This document shows, in pieces, positions 32,527 to 46,025 of a stretch of 64,000 bases of DNA. Location of the stretch: positions 806,001 to 870,000 of the forward strand of contig NIVC01000089.1 in assembly GCA_002269645.1 (NCBI GenBank). Reading direction: 5' to 3'. The number at the start of each line of letters is the position of its first letter. Position 1 is the stretch's first letter. Both the position numbers and the translations under genes were made by a program. The notes beneath the pieces are model-generated. The model did no database searches. It saw only the letters and a list, made by a program, of their open reading frames with translations, and was not told the DNA's origin. The stretch comes from Macrostomum lignano. Lineage: Eukaryota.

Positions 32527-35500
32527 CTAAACTGCGCGTAATGAGCAGCCCCTGCAACCCGAAAGCTGATGAGTCCACTGAGAAATTTAAGCAAAATTAC
32601 AAGTGAGCTTTCGTTTGTCATGCAAGGTTTCTGTAATTCGTGCCAAACTTCGCTTACTACGAGTAAAAATGGAAAATAACCGAAGCTAACTTCAATCGTA
32701 CATGTAAATACCCATGGTCGTACTTCATATTTTAGGAGCTTCAATTTTTAAGGTTATGATGAAAAATCTCTCTCGGGTGTTCATAGTACTCTGGTAATCT
32801 GTTGAATGTGCCGACGGCGTCGGTGTGATGAAGGAATGCTTGGTAGACCAGCTGAGAATGTCCAACAATTGAGGTTGGCCCACTGTCGAGGTGGGATCAG
32901 TGAAACTGGAGCAATTCGCAACAGGGTGTCCATAGTCACCCTGTGTCACCTGTTGAAAGTCCAGAAGTTCCGTTTGGGTGAAGGCCAGTGATCAATGAAG
33001 TCAGAGCTGATGCAGACACAAGTGATCGACGTCCTGATGAACTTTGGAGGCTTGGCGACGTGCTGATTGGCGCACAGGGGTGTATTGAATGCACAAGTGC
33101 TTATGGGAAAAATCCGACCTTCTGGCAGAATTGGTGAATACCTCGACGGTCCCGGAGGGCTGCAGACTTGATTCTTGTTTGAGAAAGTGCGCACCAAAAA
33201 TTTAGCAAAAATGTCAGGGTGGTAGTTCCACGGGCGGAAAAATGACTTGGCATTCCTACCGTTTCGAGTAATGGGTCATGAATTTTTTCAACAGATTTCA
33301 GTCAGACACTTGTCCCTATAAACCTACTGATCATGGATGTACACAGCGGTCCCGTAAAGTTTGTTGTAAGAACTTTTTCATCAAATAAATCATAAAGTCG
33401 TGCTAAAATCACTCAAACTATTCAGCGAATTCCTCTTACTGCACCTGTACGTGATGGACGAGATGCACATAATGGAGTCCGATTCGCACCGCGACCAGTA
33501 TCTGAATCTGATGCGACGCCGAAGCAAGTCCAAGAGCGGCTGGACCCGGCCAGTTATGGACAAGACGTTCCTCGACCGAGGCGGCTCCCTTCGAGCAGCG
33601 ATGAGCTCGCGAAGGCGACGTAAAATGCTGGTTGATGTGCGTCTGACTGACATGTGTCGGGAGCTGGCGGGACCTGTAGCGATTGTCAATTTGCAGGAGG
33701 CTCATGAACACTGTCGAAAATCAATGCAAAACAGCGAGTACATGTTAGGAGGAAAGCCGATATGATCATTCCTCTGTCCCCTGAGCTGCACATGTACGCG
33801 CAGGGTGTGTCGGTTTCTAATGTCGTGGTTCTTATCGGCAAGCCCCAGTCCAGTTTTCGTGCACAAACCCCTGATTAATCGAGCCCAAGGATTTGGCGCC
33901 CCAGATTTAGACGAGGTAGCGTAGGGCAAACATAAAATTAGTCCTGTCCATCCGTATCCCAACAAAAGGGTCATGTTCCATGTTGTATTTTCTATCTTTG
34001 GTCTTTCGAAAATATGGTTTTGCTGAGATTTATATTTGGGTTAATACTAAGGTTTAATTTGTTGAGACTCAGCTTAGATACCATGCAGGACTAAAGTGCT
34101 TCGGACCAGAGATATCTGGATTGGAAGGGAACCTGAGGTCCCTGTTCAGACAGTGCTAGATATTTCTATTGAAAATGCAGCGTGCTCCTTTGGTACACAG
34201 AAGAAAGATAAAATATCTTCGTTTTAGGAACCTCGTGCTGAGACTCAACAGTCGCCGGATTCTCACCAGGAGCAGAAGCAACAGCCCCAGAAAGAGGAAA
34301 AGCCGGAGTCAGAAATGCACGAGTCGAAACCGAGTCAGGGTGCTGGCCAAGCAAAAATTCGAGGCAATGACGGTACAATCCACTTCCCCAAACCGTCGAC
34401 TGGATCGAAGTCTTGGCGGCGGCGTGGTCGCGGCGCTACTAGTTTAGATGAATCAACGAATGGCACTGCTGAGCAGCTTCGCTGGCATCGCTGGCACCGG
34501 TCAGCAAACTATCGATCCGCCAGCAGCTGGCGCGGCTGGAGCGCTAGTGGTACCACAACTCGCATCAGAGAGGTGGACCGTCACTGGCGGCTTGGATGCA
34601 TCGGCTGCCGACCTGGAATGGTGGTGTCCAAGCGGCTGCCTCGTCAGGTCTCGAGATCTAAGCAACATAGACGAAGAACGCGCCTCTGCAAGTGGATAAC
34701 GGTGAAACGCACCGTTCTTGTTCGGCGACTTCTATAAAAGTCGTGCGCAGTCGAGCGCAGTCGAGCGCCATATACATGTAATGCATTTCTTTGCTCTGAC
34801 TTTCATTGGTTTTTAATTATTTTAACTAAAATGGATATTTTTGCTAATTCTTATTTTCGAATTTTTATTTAAATACTTTCCTTTACTTAAAATCGATATA
34901 ATTTCATTGCAATCGGCAATTGAGTCATTTCATTTAAAATCAATCTGTATACTGAGGCGGTAGGCCTTTTTTCAATAGATAGAATGGCAGCGAAGAGTTT
35001 GTGCTGCTCTGCGTGTGTATTTATATAATTACAAACAGCGCGAGATTGAGGGGCCTAGGGAGGTGCGAAAAGGTGGCGTGGCGTGATAGGCTACGCCAAT
35101 CTCCTCGGCTTAGCGAGCCGGCTAGCTTGGTGCGCACCCACCCCACCTCAGCTAGACAGAGGTTGGGGGGTTTCCAGTGCGGCTGCACTGGTGCTGCCGG
35201 TCGCGGACAGTCTGGCCGCCACAATACCTGATTCTTGCAGTACATGTAGTTAGGAGATTCTTTAAAGCTACTTCTGGACACTTTCAAGATTATAATTTGC
35301 TCAGCTCTATTTCTAAAGTTCAACTGCAGACGTTACATGTCGCCTACACTTTATTTACTATAACGATTGATTCGAACGAAATCTTCCAAAAGCCTATAAC
35401 TTCGAAAGTCAATACGTCTTAGTACGATCTTGAAGATCTTGGAAAAACTTAATTAAAGCTTTGAATTTAGTATATTGCGTCATAGTCTGATCATGTTTTA

Positions 35501-36609
35501 AAACCCATACATCTATACAAATATAATTCAACCAACGCTTGTTCTGCTTGTATATAAAGTAGCGGATTACTCTACAAGTGAGTGTTAACAAATTGTAGTC
35601 AATAAGTACCCACTTTATAATATATATTTTTAATCACACTACTTTACTTGTTTGAAAACTTTTTAAAAATACTTTGAGAAAATGCAATTGACACGGAATC
35701 TCACAAAGCTTGTGGAAGTCGGAGAAAAATCGCATATTTTTTAAATGAACCTGTGGTAGGCCGGTCTACCACTGGGGCTTCGGCAACAGTTGGCGACGTG
35801 CGGAACGCCACCCGGCGGACGATTCTTTGACGTCATTTCGGCTCCACCGGTTGAACTGTCTTCTCCCCCCCGTTGTTCCCACCTCCGGCCCCTTCCCTTG
35901 GTCCCGCTTTGTTTTGCCGTTTTCCACCCGGGTTTGTCCTCTTTTCCCACCGGTGTTCCCCCCTGTGTTCCCCCTGGTGTCCCCCTGATTGTTTTTTCGC
36001 GTTCTTTTGGTATTTAATCTTTGGCGTTGCTTTAGTTTGTCAACCCCCTCCCCCCTTTTCTTCTTTTCTTCTTGGTTGTTTTAGTTTGATCTTATAGGCC
36101 GTGACTTTAACTTAGCCTTGTTAGTTTTCTGATAGTTGCACGGCACTGTCTCTCGTATTCATCCGTCTAATTGTAGTGTATAACAGTTACTCTATTCGCC
36201 TAACTCCATTTATTAGTTAATTAGCTTGTCTTTTATTCAATTAACTTTGTGAGTAATAACAATTTCTTAATTACTGACTACCGCAAATTAATCAATAATA
36301 ATAACGAAATAATAATAATAAGTTCGCAAATATCTTTATAATATTTATTCAGTTGTTCAGAATCGAAGCCTTTAGTTTCTATTGAGTCATTTGCCCGCGG
36401 GGCGTAAAATAACCAGTCAGTCTCATCTCAAAGAAAGCTCTGAGACCCTTGACGTTCCGTAAAACGACATTTACGGTGGTGGCAGCGCTACTTTACTACT
36501 GAGAGTAACACAACTAGCAATCTCGACGAATTACGAGTTTACGGTGTCTGAGGACCCATCCTGAACGACTCGGGCCGCTACAAGACCGCTCGACTACGAT
36601 TACGACTAC

Positions 36610-37420
36610 TGTCACGTTATTGGCGTAGCGGCCAGCTATGCGGTGACCCTTAAAAGGGCCGTTTTAGTCCCAAAATAAGTTGAAGTCAATTCTTGTAAAG
36701 CGGATTTTGTAGCGGAGCACTTGGCGATAAAGGCAGGAACTGCCGTAGTTGTCTTTATTGTTAATATCAGTATTAAGTTTGGTTGTTACTGGCAATAAAC
36801 AGACTATAGCTTTCTGGGCACTGGCGGCTGCAGCAATGGGTTGAATATAATTTGGATATGAAGTCAAGTGGCAGGCGAATGACACAATGGCGACGTGACG
36901 TGAGCAGTGGCTATGAGCACAGTGAAGGCAGTGAAACGTAGTGGCGAGTTGGCGTCGGTCGTGGCGTGAAACAGTCAAGTAAGTGTGTGAGCAGGCTGGC
37001 CCAGACAGAAGGGCCGTGGTGAGAAATAAGGAGGCTCGAGGCAGCCAGACAAACAGATAAGACAGCTAAGAGGCCGCAGGGAAGGAAACAAGGAACAAGC
37101 GGGGAGTGCCGCCGCCAGGCGGGGGGGGGGTTTAATAAAAGAGCGCAGAGGGGGGTAGCGCGAGCACGAGTGATTTCATTGGCTGGCGAGAGAACTTAAA
37201 ATTATCGATCGTGCCAATTTTATACGGTTGCGAGAAAGGATAGCAAAATATACAATGAATTATAAATTGCCACAAAATCGTTGGGCACTACTACAAGTAA
37301 ACGTCGCAATAAACGAATGGAAAAGTTTAGTTGAAACGGTGAAACTGAAGGGTTGAATGACTATGGAGAACAGCAGTCCAACGGCCCTTTTCGGGACCAC
37401 CTTAAACTGACAACGTCACA
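36610..37420. mobile_element. Solo LTR (Gypsy-like), copy 1
   Basis: TGTCACGTT...AACGTCACA termini (TG...CA); 4-bp TSD CTAC (36606-09, 37421-24); homologous to 62595-63434. Confidence 0.82.
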
Positions 37421-37630
37421 CTACCCTCCCCCCGGAATTGAGGACCCGGCAGACGGAGTATCTAAGGAGAAGACTCAACACAGCAATTTGTGCAATTTTC
37501 CGGCTTTACGAGTGCCGAGAAAATTATGTTTTAATGTTATTATGCCTATGACAATGTGATATTCCAAAAATAATTAAAAAATAAACAAATGCTCTAAATA
37601 GTCTATTTAGTTCATAGTCTTCACAATATA

Positions 37631-40269
37631 CGTGTGCGACTTTTTACCGTACGGTTTTTCCCGCCATAAAAACCGCATTGTAATGTACAATACATAACAA
37701 CGCGGTTTTCAATGCGGAATTCGATGCGGGATTTCCCGACATTAATTTAATTTGATTTATTAAGCCCCATCGATGCGGTAATTGATGCGGGATTTCCCGA
37801 CATTAATTTAATTTGATTTATTAAGCCCCATCGATGCGGTAATTGATGCGGGATTCAATGCGGGATTTCCCGACATTAATTTAATTTGATTTATTAAGCC
37901 CCATCGATGCGGTAATTGATGCGGGATTCGATGCGGGATTTCCCGACATTAATTTAATTTGATTTATTAAGCCCAATTGATGCGGTAATTGATGCGGGAT
38001 TCGATGCGGGATTTCCCGACATTAATTTAATTTGATTTATTAAGCCCCATAGATGCGGTAATTGATGCGGGATTCGATGCGGGATTTCCCGACATTAATT
38101 TAATTTGATTTATTAATTGCCCCATCGATGCGGTAATTGATGCGGGATTTGAGGGTCTCACTAAAAGACGGATCGGATAGGATCAGCTCGGATCGGATCC
38201 GATCCGATCCGATCCGAGTGTGACATACTAAAACAAAAACCTTAGTCTAATTCTTTTGCTTCTAAATATTTGAATACAGTTTAATTTAGAGAATAAAGTC
38301 ACCTAAGGACTAGAATAAAGGACACCTCGTGCACGCGCAATTCATTTTAATTCTGCAGTCTGTTGCAGCTTTATTTAAGTGGGTTGGTCGATGGGGCTTA
38401 GTTCTAGTGGTAGGCCTAGTAATATTAATAAGCTGGTTGGCTTGTGTTTCTTTTGCGACGACATGCTTAATAGCTGGAACAGAAGATTTAAGCATGAATA
38501 ACAAGAAGTGATGCAAATCAATTTCAATCGCGCATGTACAAATTTTCGGTCAACAACCATCATTCCTTTTGTTAAACGCTACCGGACGAATAAAAACGAC
38601 ATTATTCACCCGGTACCAGACGAATAATATCCACATTGTTCACCCGATACCGGATGAATTGTCACTGCCTTCTGCAAAACATTCCTAGTCTTTTTTTGTC
38701 ATTCTATTTTAAAGGCTGTTTAAATCTCTTTTCACATTCAGGATTTTGCATCCTCATACTTACTTTACCTTTTACTCTCTTGAACTTGAATTTTCAACTG
38801 TCTAAGGCCTTGGTAGGCCCTTCCTTACAAAAATACATTGTCTTAAACTAATATATTAATATATAATTTATACCATAAGGGAGTATATTACACTCAGTTT
38901 TATAGTATTTCAATTTTTAGAGTATAGTATTCTGAATTTCTGGTTTTATTTAATAGGCTATTAAGTTGCTATTGTTTAGGCCTATATAGCTAAGCATAAA
39001 GTATTTTAATTTTCCCATGCTATTTGAATGTCTTTACCATGTTTATATCTTTCAATATACCAAAAATAAAATCCCTAATATTTTATTGTGACATTTATTA
39101 ACAATTGTTGACTGTCTACCAGTTAGGCCTATTCAGATTTACTATCTGAAGTTCCATAATTTATTGACTTTCTTTCCTTCTCATTTTTCACTTTTTCTCT
39201 TTTCTAATATATATATTTGTTAATATTCATATTTGCATTCTTTTGCTAAAATGTACTACTATACTTTTTTGAAAGTATTCTCCTAAATTAGTTTTCTTCC
39301 CATTTTTGTAAATCATTTACTATTTACTACAATAGATCAAAACTGTACTATGCTAAATTTAGTAAATATCTAATATTTTAACCAACCTTTCAAAATACTT
39401 TCTTTTTAATATGTTATTACTTTGTAAATTTGAATTTATTATCCTTGCTTAATTTGATTTTTGCACTTTTTGAATCAAATTAAATTAATGTTGGGAAATC
39501 CCGCATTGAATTCCACATCAATTACTGCATCGATGGGGCTTAATAAATCAAATGAAATTAATGTCGGGAAATCCCGCATCGAATCTTGCATCAATTACCG
39601 CATCAATGGGGCTTAATAAATCAAATTAAATTAATGTCGGGAAATCCCGCATCAATTACCGCATCAATTGGGCTTAATAAATCAAATTAAATTAATGTTG
39701 GGAAATCCCGCATCGAATCCCACATCAATTACCGCATCGATGGGGCTTAATAAATCAAATTAAATTAATGTTGAGAAATTCCGCATCAAATCTTGCATCA
39801 ATTACTGCATCAATTAGGCTTAATAAATCAAATTAAATTAATGTCGGGAAATCCCGCATCAAATCCTGCATCAATTACCGCATCGATGGGGCTTAATAAA
39901 TCAAATTAAATTAATGTCGGGAAATCCCGCAATGAATCCCACATCAATTACCGCATCGATAGGGCTTAATAAATCAAATTAAATTAATGTCAGGAAATCC
40001 CGCATCGATTGGGCTTAATAAATCAAATTAATTTAATGTTAGGAAATCCCGCATCAATTACCGCATCAATTGGGCTTAATAAATCAAATTAAATTAATGT
40101 CGGGAAATCCCGCATCAATTACCGCATTGATTGGGCTTAATAAATCAAATTAAATTTATGTCGGGAAATCCCGCATCGAATCCCGCATTGAAAACTGCGT
40201 TGTTATGTATTGTACATTACAATGCAGTTTTTATGGTGGGAAAAATCGTACGGTAAAAAGTCGCACACG
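37631..40269. mobile_element. Foldback/MULE-like non-autonomous element with modular TIRs
   Basis: Outer ~90-bp inverted repeats CGTGTGCGACTTTTTACCGTACG.../...CGTACGGTAAAAAGTCGCACACG; 62-73-bp tandem modules in inverted orientation (about 6 left, about 11 right); TSD TCACAATATA at 37621-30 and 40270-79. Confidence 0.85.
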
Positions 40270-40594
40270 TCACAATATACTTAAATCCTAAACTAAAGAT
40301 AGGCCTAACCTATTACCTATGCACCAAAAATTCTAGCATCAAGCTCTCCCATTAGTATATATAATAGAATTTGGCCCATTTGAATAGGGCTTTGCCTCTA
40401 GCATGATATAGATTGACATATATAAGCCCAATGTAATAAAATGTACCTAGCATACAAATTAAAATGAAAAAACAATTTAATATATACAGATTAAATTGGT
40501 GGACTTATGGCAGCATGTAGAAGAACAAAAATTTATCTATATAGGCTAATTAAATTTACAAAAAAGGTAGAATGTTACAATTTCTGGCACAGTT

Positions 40595-41027
40595 CTAGTT
40601 TCCCACATTAAAAAAAGTTATTTTGAGATAAAAATCAACTCAATAAGTTAAAACAAGTTAGTCCATAGCAGTCAATAGTCTGCTAAGCTCACTAAATGGT
40701 ATAATAATGAGCAACCTAGAACAAGAAGTTGCTAAAGGACTTTTCCAAGTAAAGGCGGCACTAGAAATACTCGTTCAGATATGAATCAAATAGGCCATCA
40801 CTAGTACCATTTATGTTCTAGAACTTTGCTTTGACATACACCCAAGTCCCTTCAGTGATAGGGCATATTCATATGCAAAGTTCCTAGTTTGTAATTTCCA
40901 ACTAGTTCTGGGTTGTTCATTATTATGCCATTTAGTGAGCTCAGTGGACTATTGACTGCTATAGACTAACTTGTTTTAACTTATTGAGTTGATTTTTAAC
41001 TCAAAATAATTTAATGTGGGAAACTAG
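40595..41027. mobile_element. AT-rich hairpin MITE with ~125-bp inverted arms
   Basis: CTAGTTTCCCACATTAAA...AAAATCAACTCAATAAGTTAAAACAAGTTAG inverted at CTAACTTGTTTTAACTTATTGAGTTGATTTT...TTTAATGTGGGAAACTAG. Confidence 0.65.
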
Positions 41028-42519
41028 GATTATGCCCAATTTCCATAAAGTACAATTAACTTATAAAGTCATTTGTTATTGATTTAATATTTCTAGTTTA
41101 TTTTTGGTTTAATGTAGTGTTACAGTAGGTTTTCCTGTACAATATGAGATCCCACCGGTTGGTACCAAGTTGTTACAGGTGTTATTATTCTCTCTAGTAA
41201 ATCCTACCGCTAAGTTACCAATGTTGTACTAGGGGTGTTTCCTCTGTCTATATCCTAACTGCTGAATCACCAAGTTGTAGTAAAGTATAATTAACTTCTG
41301 GGCATAGATCTTAGAATAGGGTCTGAGTATAAGTCTATAAGTATCAATCTAAGTATAAGTCTAAGAATAAGTCTAGGTATAAGTCTAAGGATTAGTCTAA
41401 GTATCTACTTCTATTGGTAGCATTCTTAGTATATGTATTGGTAGTGTTCTTAGTATATGCCAAGTGGTCTACTATTGGCCTGGAATGTATTTCTCAGAAT
41501 GACCTTCCTTGTAAATCTTTTGCAGTTATCTAAGTATCTGATCATCTAGTCCAGTCCTTTAGGCATTCCTAAGATTAGAGGGTCACAGCCTTCTCAATAC
41601 TGTATATGCATTCCCAAGATCTACTTTGTTTCACTTTGATCTCCTTGGTATTCTACATATCAGTAGTATCTGTGGTATGATTAACTTCCACTTCACTCTT
41701 CAAATTGAAAAATTTACTAAGTCTTGAAAAGATTTCTAAGTAACAGTTTAAAGCTCAACAAGTAGCAAGACTTGAGACTAATTTAGGAACAGGCAATCAG
41801 CCAAGTTGGTGGCTCTCTGGCCAGATCCCGTCTATTTATACTATTTTAAGACTTGATCAATATTAATTTTGATATATGCAGTATTAAAAGAAATAGGGCT
41901 AAAATTAGTTTTCAGTTTAAAAATACATACAAATTTTACATGAATATTATTATTAAATGTTGGAAGATTAAAACAAATAATATGTGAATATTATTCTTGA
42001 GTGATTAAACTCGAAATTATTATTGACAAAATATTTACAAAAACTAATATTATTACTATTAGTAGCATTAAGCACTTGCAATGTAGTTAATAATTATTAA
42101 ATCTCTATTGCAATCATATTCTTCTTTAAGATCCTAGGATTGAGAAAAATTCTTTAAGATCCTAGGATTATAGATACTTGATTTACTAAGATTGATAATT
42201 CTGGGATTATCTTTAGCCAAGATATCCCAATCCTAATAACCCAGGATTGACATAAGACTAAGATTTTGTAATCACAAATACTTGCTAATATAAAAATATT
42301 ATTTATTATATTAAGAAATTAGCAATTTGTAATTTAATAATTTGTTTATCTTGATCTTTTGCAACTTTTTGTTATAATATACATTTCTAGCTAGAAGTTT
42401 TTTGCATATACTAGTATATAGTTTTGTTCAAGCCACTTTTATTCTAGTATATATATGGTATCTTTAGAATTAGAATTATAGGTTTTAATTTATCTCATAT
42501 ATATTTTTCTAATTTATAT

Positions 42520-42968
42520 TGATCCAATATCCAATTTGAGCAATTGCAATTGATCCTATGTCCAATCTTAGCAATTCCCATTGATCCCATGTCCAATCTG
42601 AGCAATCCCTATTCTATTGATCCCATGTCTAATCTGAGCAATCCCAAATAATCCTATGTCCAATCTCAGCAATTCCTATTGATCCCATGTCCTATCTCAG
42701 CAATTCCCATTGATCCCATGTCGAATCTCAGCAATTCCCATCGATCCCATGTCCAATCTCAGCAATTCCTATTGATTCCATATCCAATCTCAGCAATTCC
42801 CATTGATCCCATGTCCAATCTCAGCAATTCCCATCGATCCCATGTCCAATCTCAGCAATTCCCATCGATCCCATGTCCAATCTCAGCAATTCCCATCGAT
42901 CCCATGTCCAATCTCAGCAATTCCCATCGATCCCATGTCCAATCTCAGCAATTCCTATTGATTCCCAT
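42520..42968. repeat. ~30-bp minisatellite (ATTGATCCCATGTCCAATCTCAGCAATTCCC)n
   Basis: Directly visible, upstream of NECAP. Confidence 0.9.
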
Positions 42969-43059
42969 GTATTTTTTTCCATTTCCAGCTCGCACCCCAG
43001 CCAGCAATTTGCCGGCAAAACCCAGCGTCTCGTAGAATCTCCCAAGCCACCAAATCCTC

Positions 43060-44686
43060 ATGGCGGCAGCGGCAGCCCCCAGCGGCTACGAATCGGTCCT
43101 GTGCGTGAAGCCGGACGTTAAAGTCTACCGGCTGCCGCCCCGACAGTCCAACCGGGCCGTTCGCGCCGCTGACTGGCAGCTGGAATCGCCGGACTGGTGC
43201 GGCCGGCTCCGCATTGTGGCGGTGGACAAGCGGCTCTGGCTGCGTCTTGAGGACAAAACCAGCGGCGACCTGTTCGCCAGGTGCCCGGTTGACGCCTTCC
43301 CCGGCGTGGCCATCGAGCCCGTGGCCGATTCCAGCCGCTATTTCGTCATCCGGGTGCAGGACGACAGCGGCCGGGCCGCCTTTATCGGCATCGGATTCGA
43401 CGACAGAGGCGACGCGTTCGATTTCAACGTGGCCGTGCAGGACCACTTCAAGGGGCTCAAGCAGGAGGCGGAGGCTGAGCAGGTGAGAATGTTAAATTAT
43501 CTTCTTCTTTGCTTTCGCCATCTTTAGTCTAGCTCTGCCGTCTGTCTCAATCTCAGCCTTGCTCTCAATCTCAGCCTCAAACTCTCAATCTCACCCTCTC
43601 ACTCTTAATCTCACCCTCTCAATCTTAATGTCAGTCTCTCACTCTCAATCTCACCCTCTTAATCTTGATCTCACCCTCTCATTCTTAATTTCAGTCTCTC
43701 ACTCTCAATCTCAGCCTCTCACTCTCAGTCTCAGTCTCTCACTCTCAATCTCACCCTCTTAATCTTGATCTCACCCTCTCACTCTTAATCTCAGGCTCTC
43801 ACTCTCAATCTCAGCCTCTCACTCTCAATCTCAGCCTCTCACTCTCAATCTCACCCTCTTAATCTTGATCACACCCTCTCACTCTTAATCTCAGGCTCTC
43901 ACTCTCAATCTCAGCCTCTCACTCTCAATCTCAGTCTCTCAATCTCAATCTCACCCTCTTAATCTTGATCTCACCCCCTCGCTCTTAATCTCAGCCTCTC
44001 ACTCTCAATCTGTCTCTCACTCTCAATCTCACCCTCTTAATATTGATCTCACCCCCTCGCTCTCAATCTCAGCCTCTCACTCTCAATCTCAGTCTCTCAC
44101 TCTCAATCTCAGGCTCTCACTCTCAATCTCAGCCTCTCACTCTCAATCACAGCCTCTCACTCTCAAACTCACCCTCTTACTCTTGATCTCATTCTCGTCT
44201 CAATCTCACCCTCTTACTCTCAACTCACCCTATCACTATTGCTTTCACCCCCTAAATCTTAATATCACCCCCTCACACTCCACTGTCGATCTCATATTCC
44301 ATTCTCTGTATCTAACAAACCCATTAATCTCATCTCATCGGTGGATATTCTAATCTCACCCATTATTCTATCCTTAATGAATATTCACCCAGGCCGCCAA
44401 AGAGATGGCCGAAGGTCCCAAGCTGGACCTCAGCCTGAAGGAGGGCCAGACGTTTCGCATCGCCATCAACACCGGCCGGGCCGGCGGCGAGTCGGGCAGC
44501 GGCGGCGGCGGCTCCCGCTCCCGGCCAAAGCCGGCCGGAGGCGGTGCTGGCGGCATTTTGCTGCCCCCGCCGCCGGCCCCTGGATCCAGGCACGGCCAGG
44601 TGAAACCGTCGACCAATTCCGACCAGGTTGGACTGGCTAAACAGCAGGGCGGCGGCGGCGGTCTAGGGTGGGACACATTCCAGTAG
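43060..44686 (+). CDS. NECAP: Adaptin ear-binding coat-associated protein; exons 43060-43482, 44393-44686
   Basis: [19 protein letters not shown]..., [34 protein letters not shown] (PHear domain), [11 protein letters not shown] and C-terminal WDTF (WxxF) motif. Confidence 0.95.
43545..44340. repeat. ~20-bp minisatellite (CTCAATCTCAGCCTCTCACT)n, NECAP intron
   Basis: Directly visible. Confidence 0.9.
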
Positions 44687-45451
44687 GGTTGCCTCGAGTT
44701 TCTTCCCTGCAACTCCCCCATCCGGCTCGCCCTAATCAGTCCGATTAAATTAATAAATTTACGATTATATGGATAACTATTGTTGCCAAAATGAACTGAC
44801 AATAATTAAATTTCCAATGTATATCGGATGACCGCGACTAATTAGCTGACGAGGCGTTTAATTTTACTCCTGCCTTTTACCTGGATTATTATAAAGATTT
44901 CGCGGGCATCCTGGTTAAGTGAATTAGTGAACAGCTAACAATTAATCTGTTTTGCATAATTATGTTTCATATTATGGCAATTATTATTATTATTTTCTGA
45001 TTCTGTCGCTCGTGTACTTTCAACTATTATTATTTGACAAAATTCACAAACTACTGACAGTAATCAATTGTTTCTAACGGTAGAATTTGGATTCGCAATT
45101 GCCGTCATATCAGGCCGGCAAGTTGATTTCTTTGAAACATGAAAATCTTATATTATTCTAATTGTAATATAAATAAGCACTATTGTAGACTTTCTCCGCT
45201 CCTCTGGCCCTCGTCACGTGCCTAGGTGTTTTGTCATATTCAAAATTATTAATTTTTCTGCACCGCTGCTGTGCAAGTTTAGCTAATTTAGTAATAGATT
45301 GAAAATACTGTTGTGAGAAATATATGTTTATTTATTTATTACCCGATGACTGTGCATGCGCTTAAACGCAAACTGAACTTGCCTTAATTTCTTTTGTTTG
45401 AACTCTTCTGTATAGCTTTGTGGTAACCCAAAACACTGCATTATTACCGTT

Positions 45452-45930
45452 TCTCTCCCTTGCCTCACCCCCGCTTCTCCCCTGACCCTCCGCTTCTCTC
45501 CCTCTTGCCCTCTGCTTTTCTTCCTCTCACCCTCCGCTTCTCTCCTTCCTCTTACCCTCCGCTTCTCTCCCTTTCTCTTACCCTCCGCTTCTCTCCCTTT
45601 CCTCTTACCCTCCGCTTCTCTCCCTTTCTCTTACCCTCCGCTTCTCTCCCTTTCCTCTTACCCTCCGCTTCTCTCGCTCTCACCCTCCGCTTCTCTCCCT
45701 TTCCTCTTACCCTCCGCTTCTCTCCCTTTCCTCTTACCCTCCGCTTCTCTCCCTTCCCTCTCACCCTCCGCTTCTCTCCCTTCCCTCTCACCCTCCGCTT
45801 CTCTCCCTTCCCTCTTACCCTCCGCTTCTCTCCCTTCCCTCTCACCCTCCGCTTCTCTCCCTCTCACCCTCCGCTTCCCTTCCCTCTCACCCTCCGCTTC
45901 TCTCCCTCTCACCCTCCGCTCCTCTCCCTT
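45452..45930. repeat. ~26-bp pyrimidine-rich minisatellite (CTCTTACCCTCCGCTTCTCTCCCTTT)n
   Basis: Directly visible. Confidence 0.9.
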
Positions 45931-46025
45931 TCCTTCTGCAGCATTTCCGCACAATCTATAGGAGACTCGTTTCAAATTCCATCCTCGCTACTATTCAGTA
46001 GGCGATTTCGTATCGTCATAACTTA

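Noticed and set aside
32725-34740. Several 60-140-aa ORFs in the island
   Set aside because: Coding-like composition, but strand and frame are ambiguous and no motif was recognised; not annotated individually
16400-36500. Polinton/Maverick termini or core genes around the island
   Set aside because: No long TIR pair, pPolB, integrase, ATPase or capsid ORF found by eye
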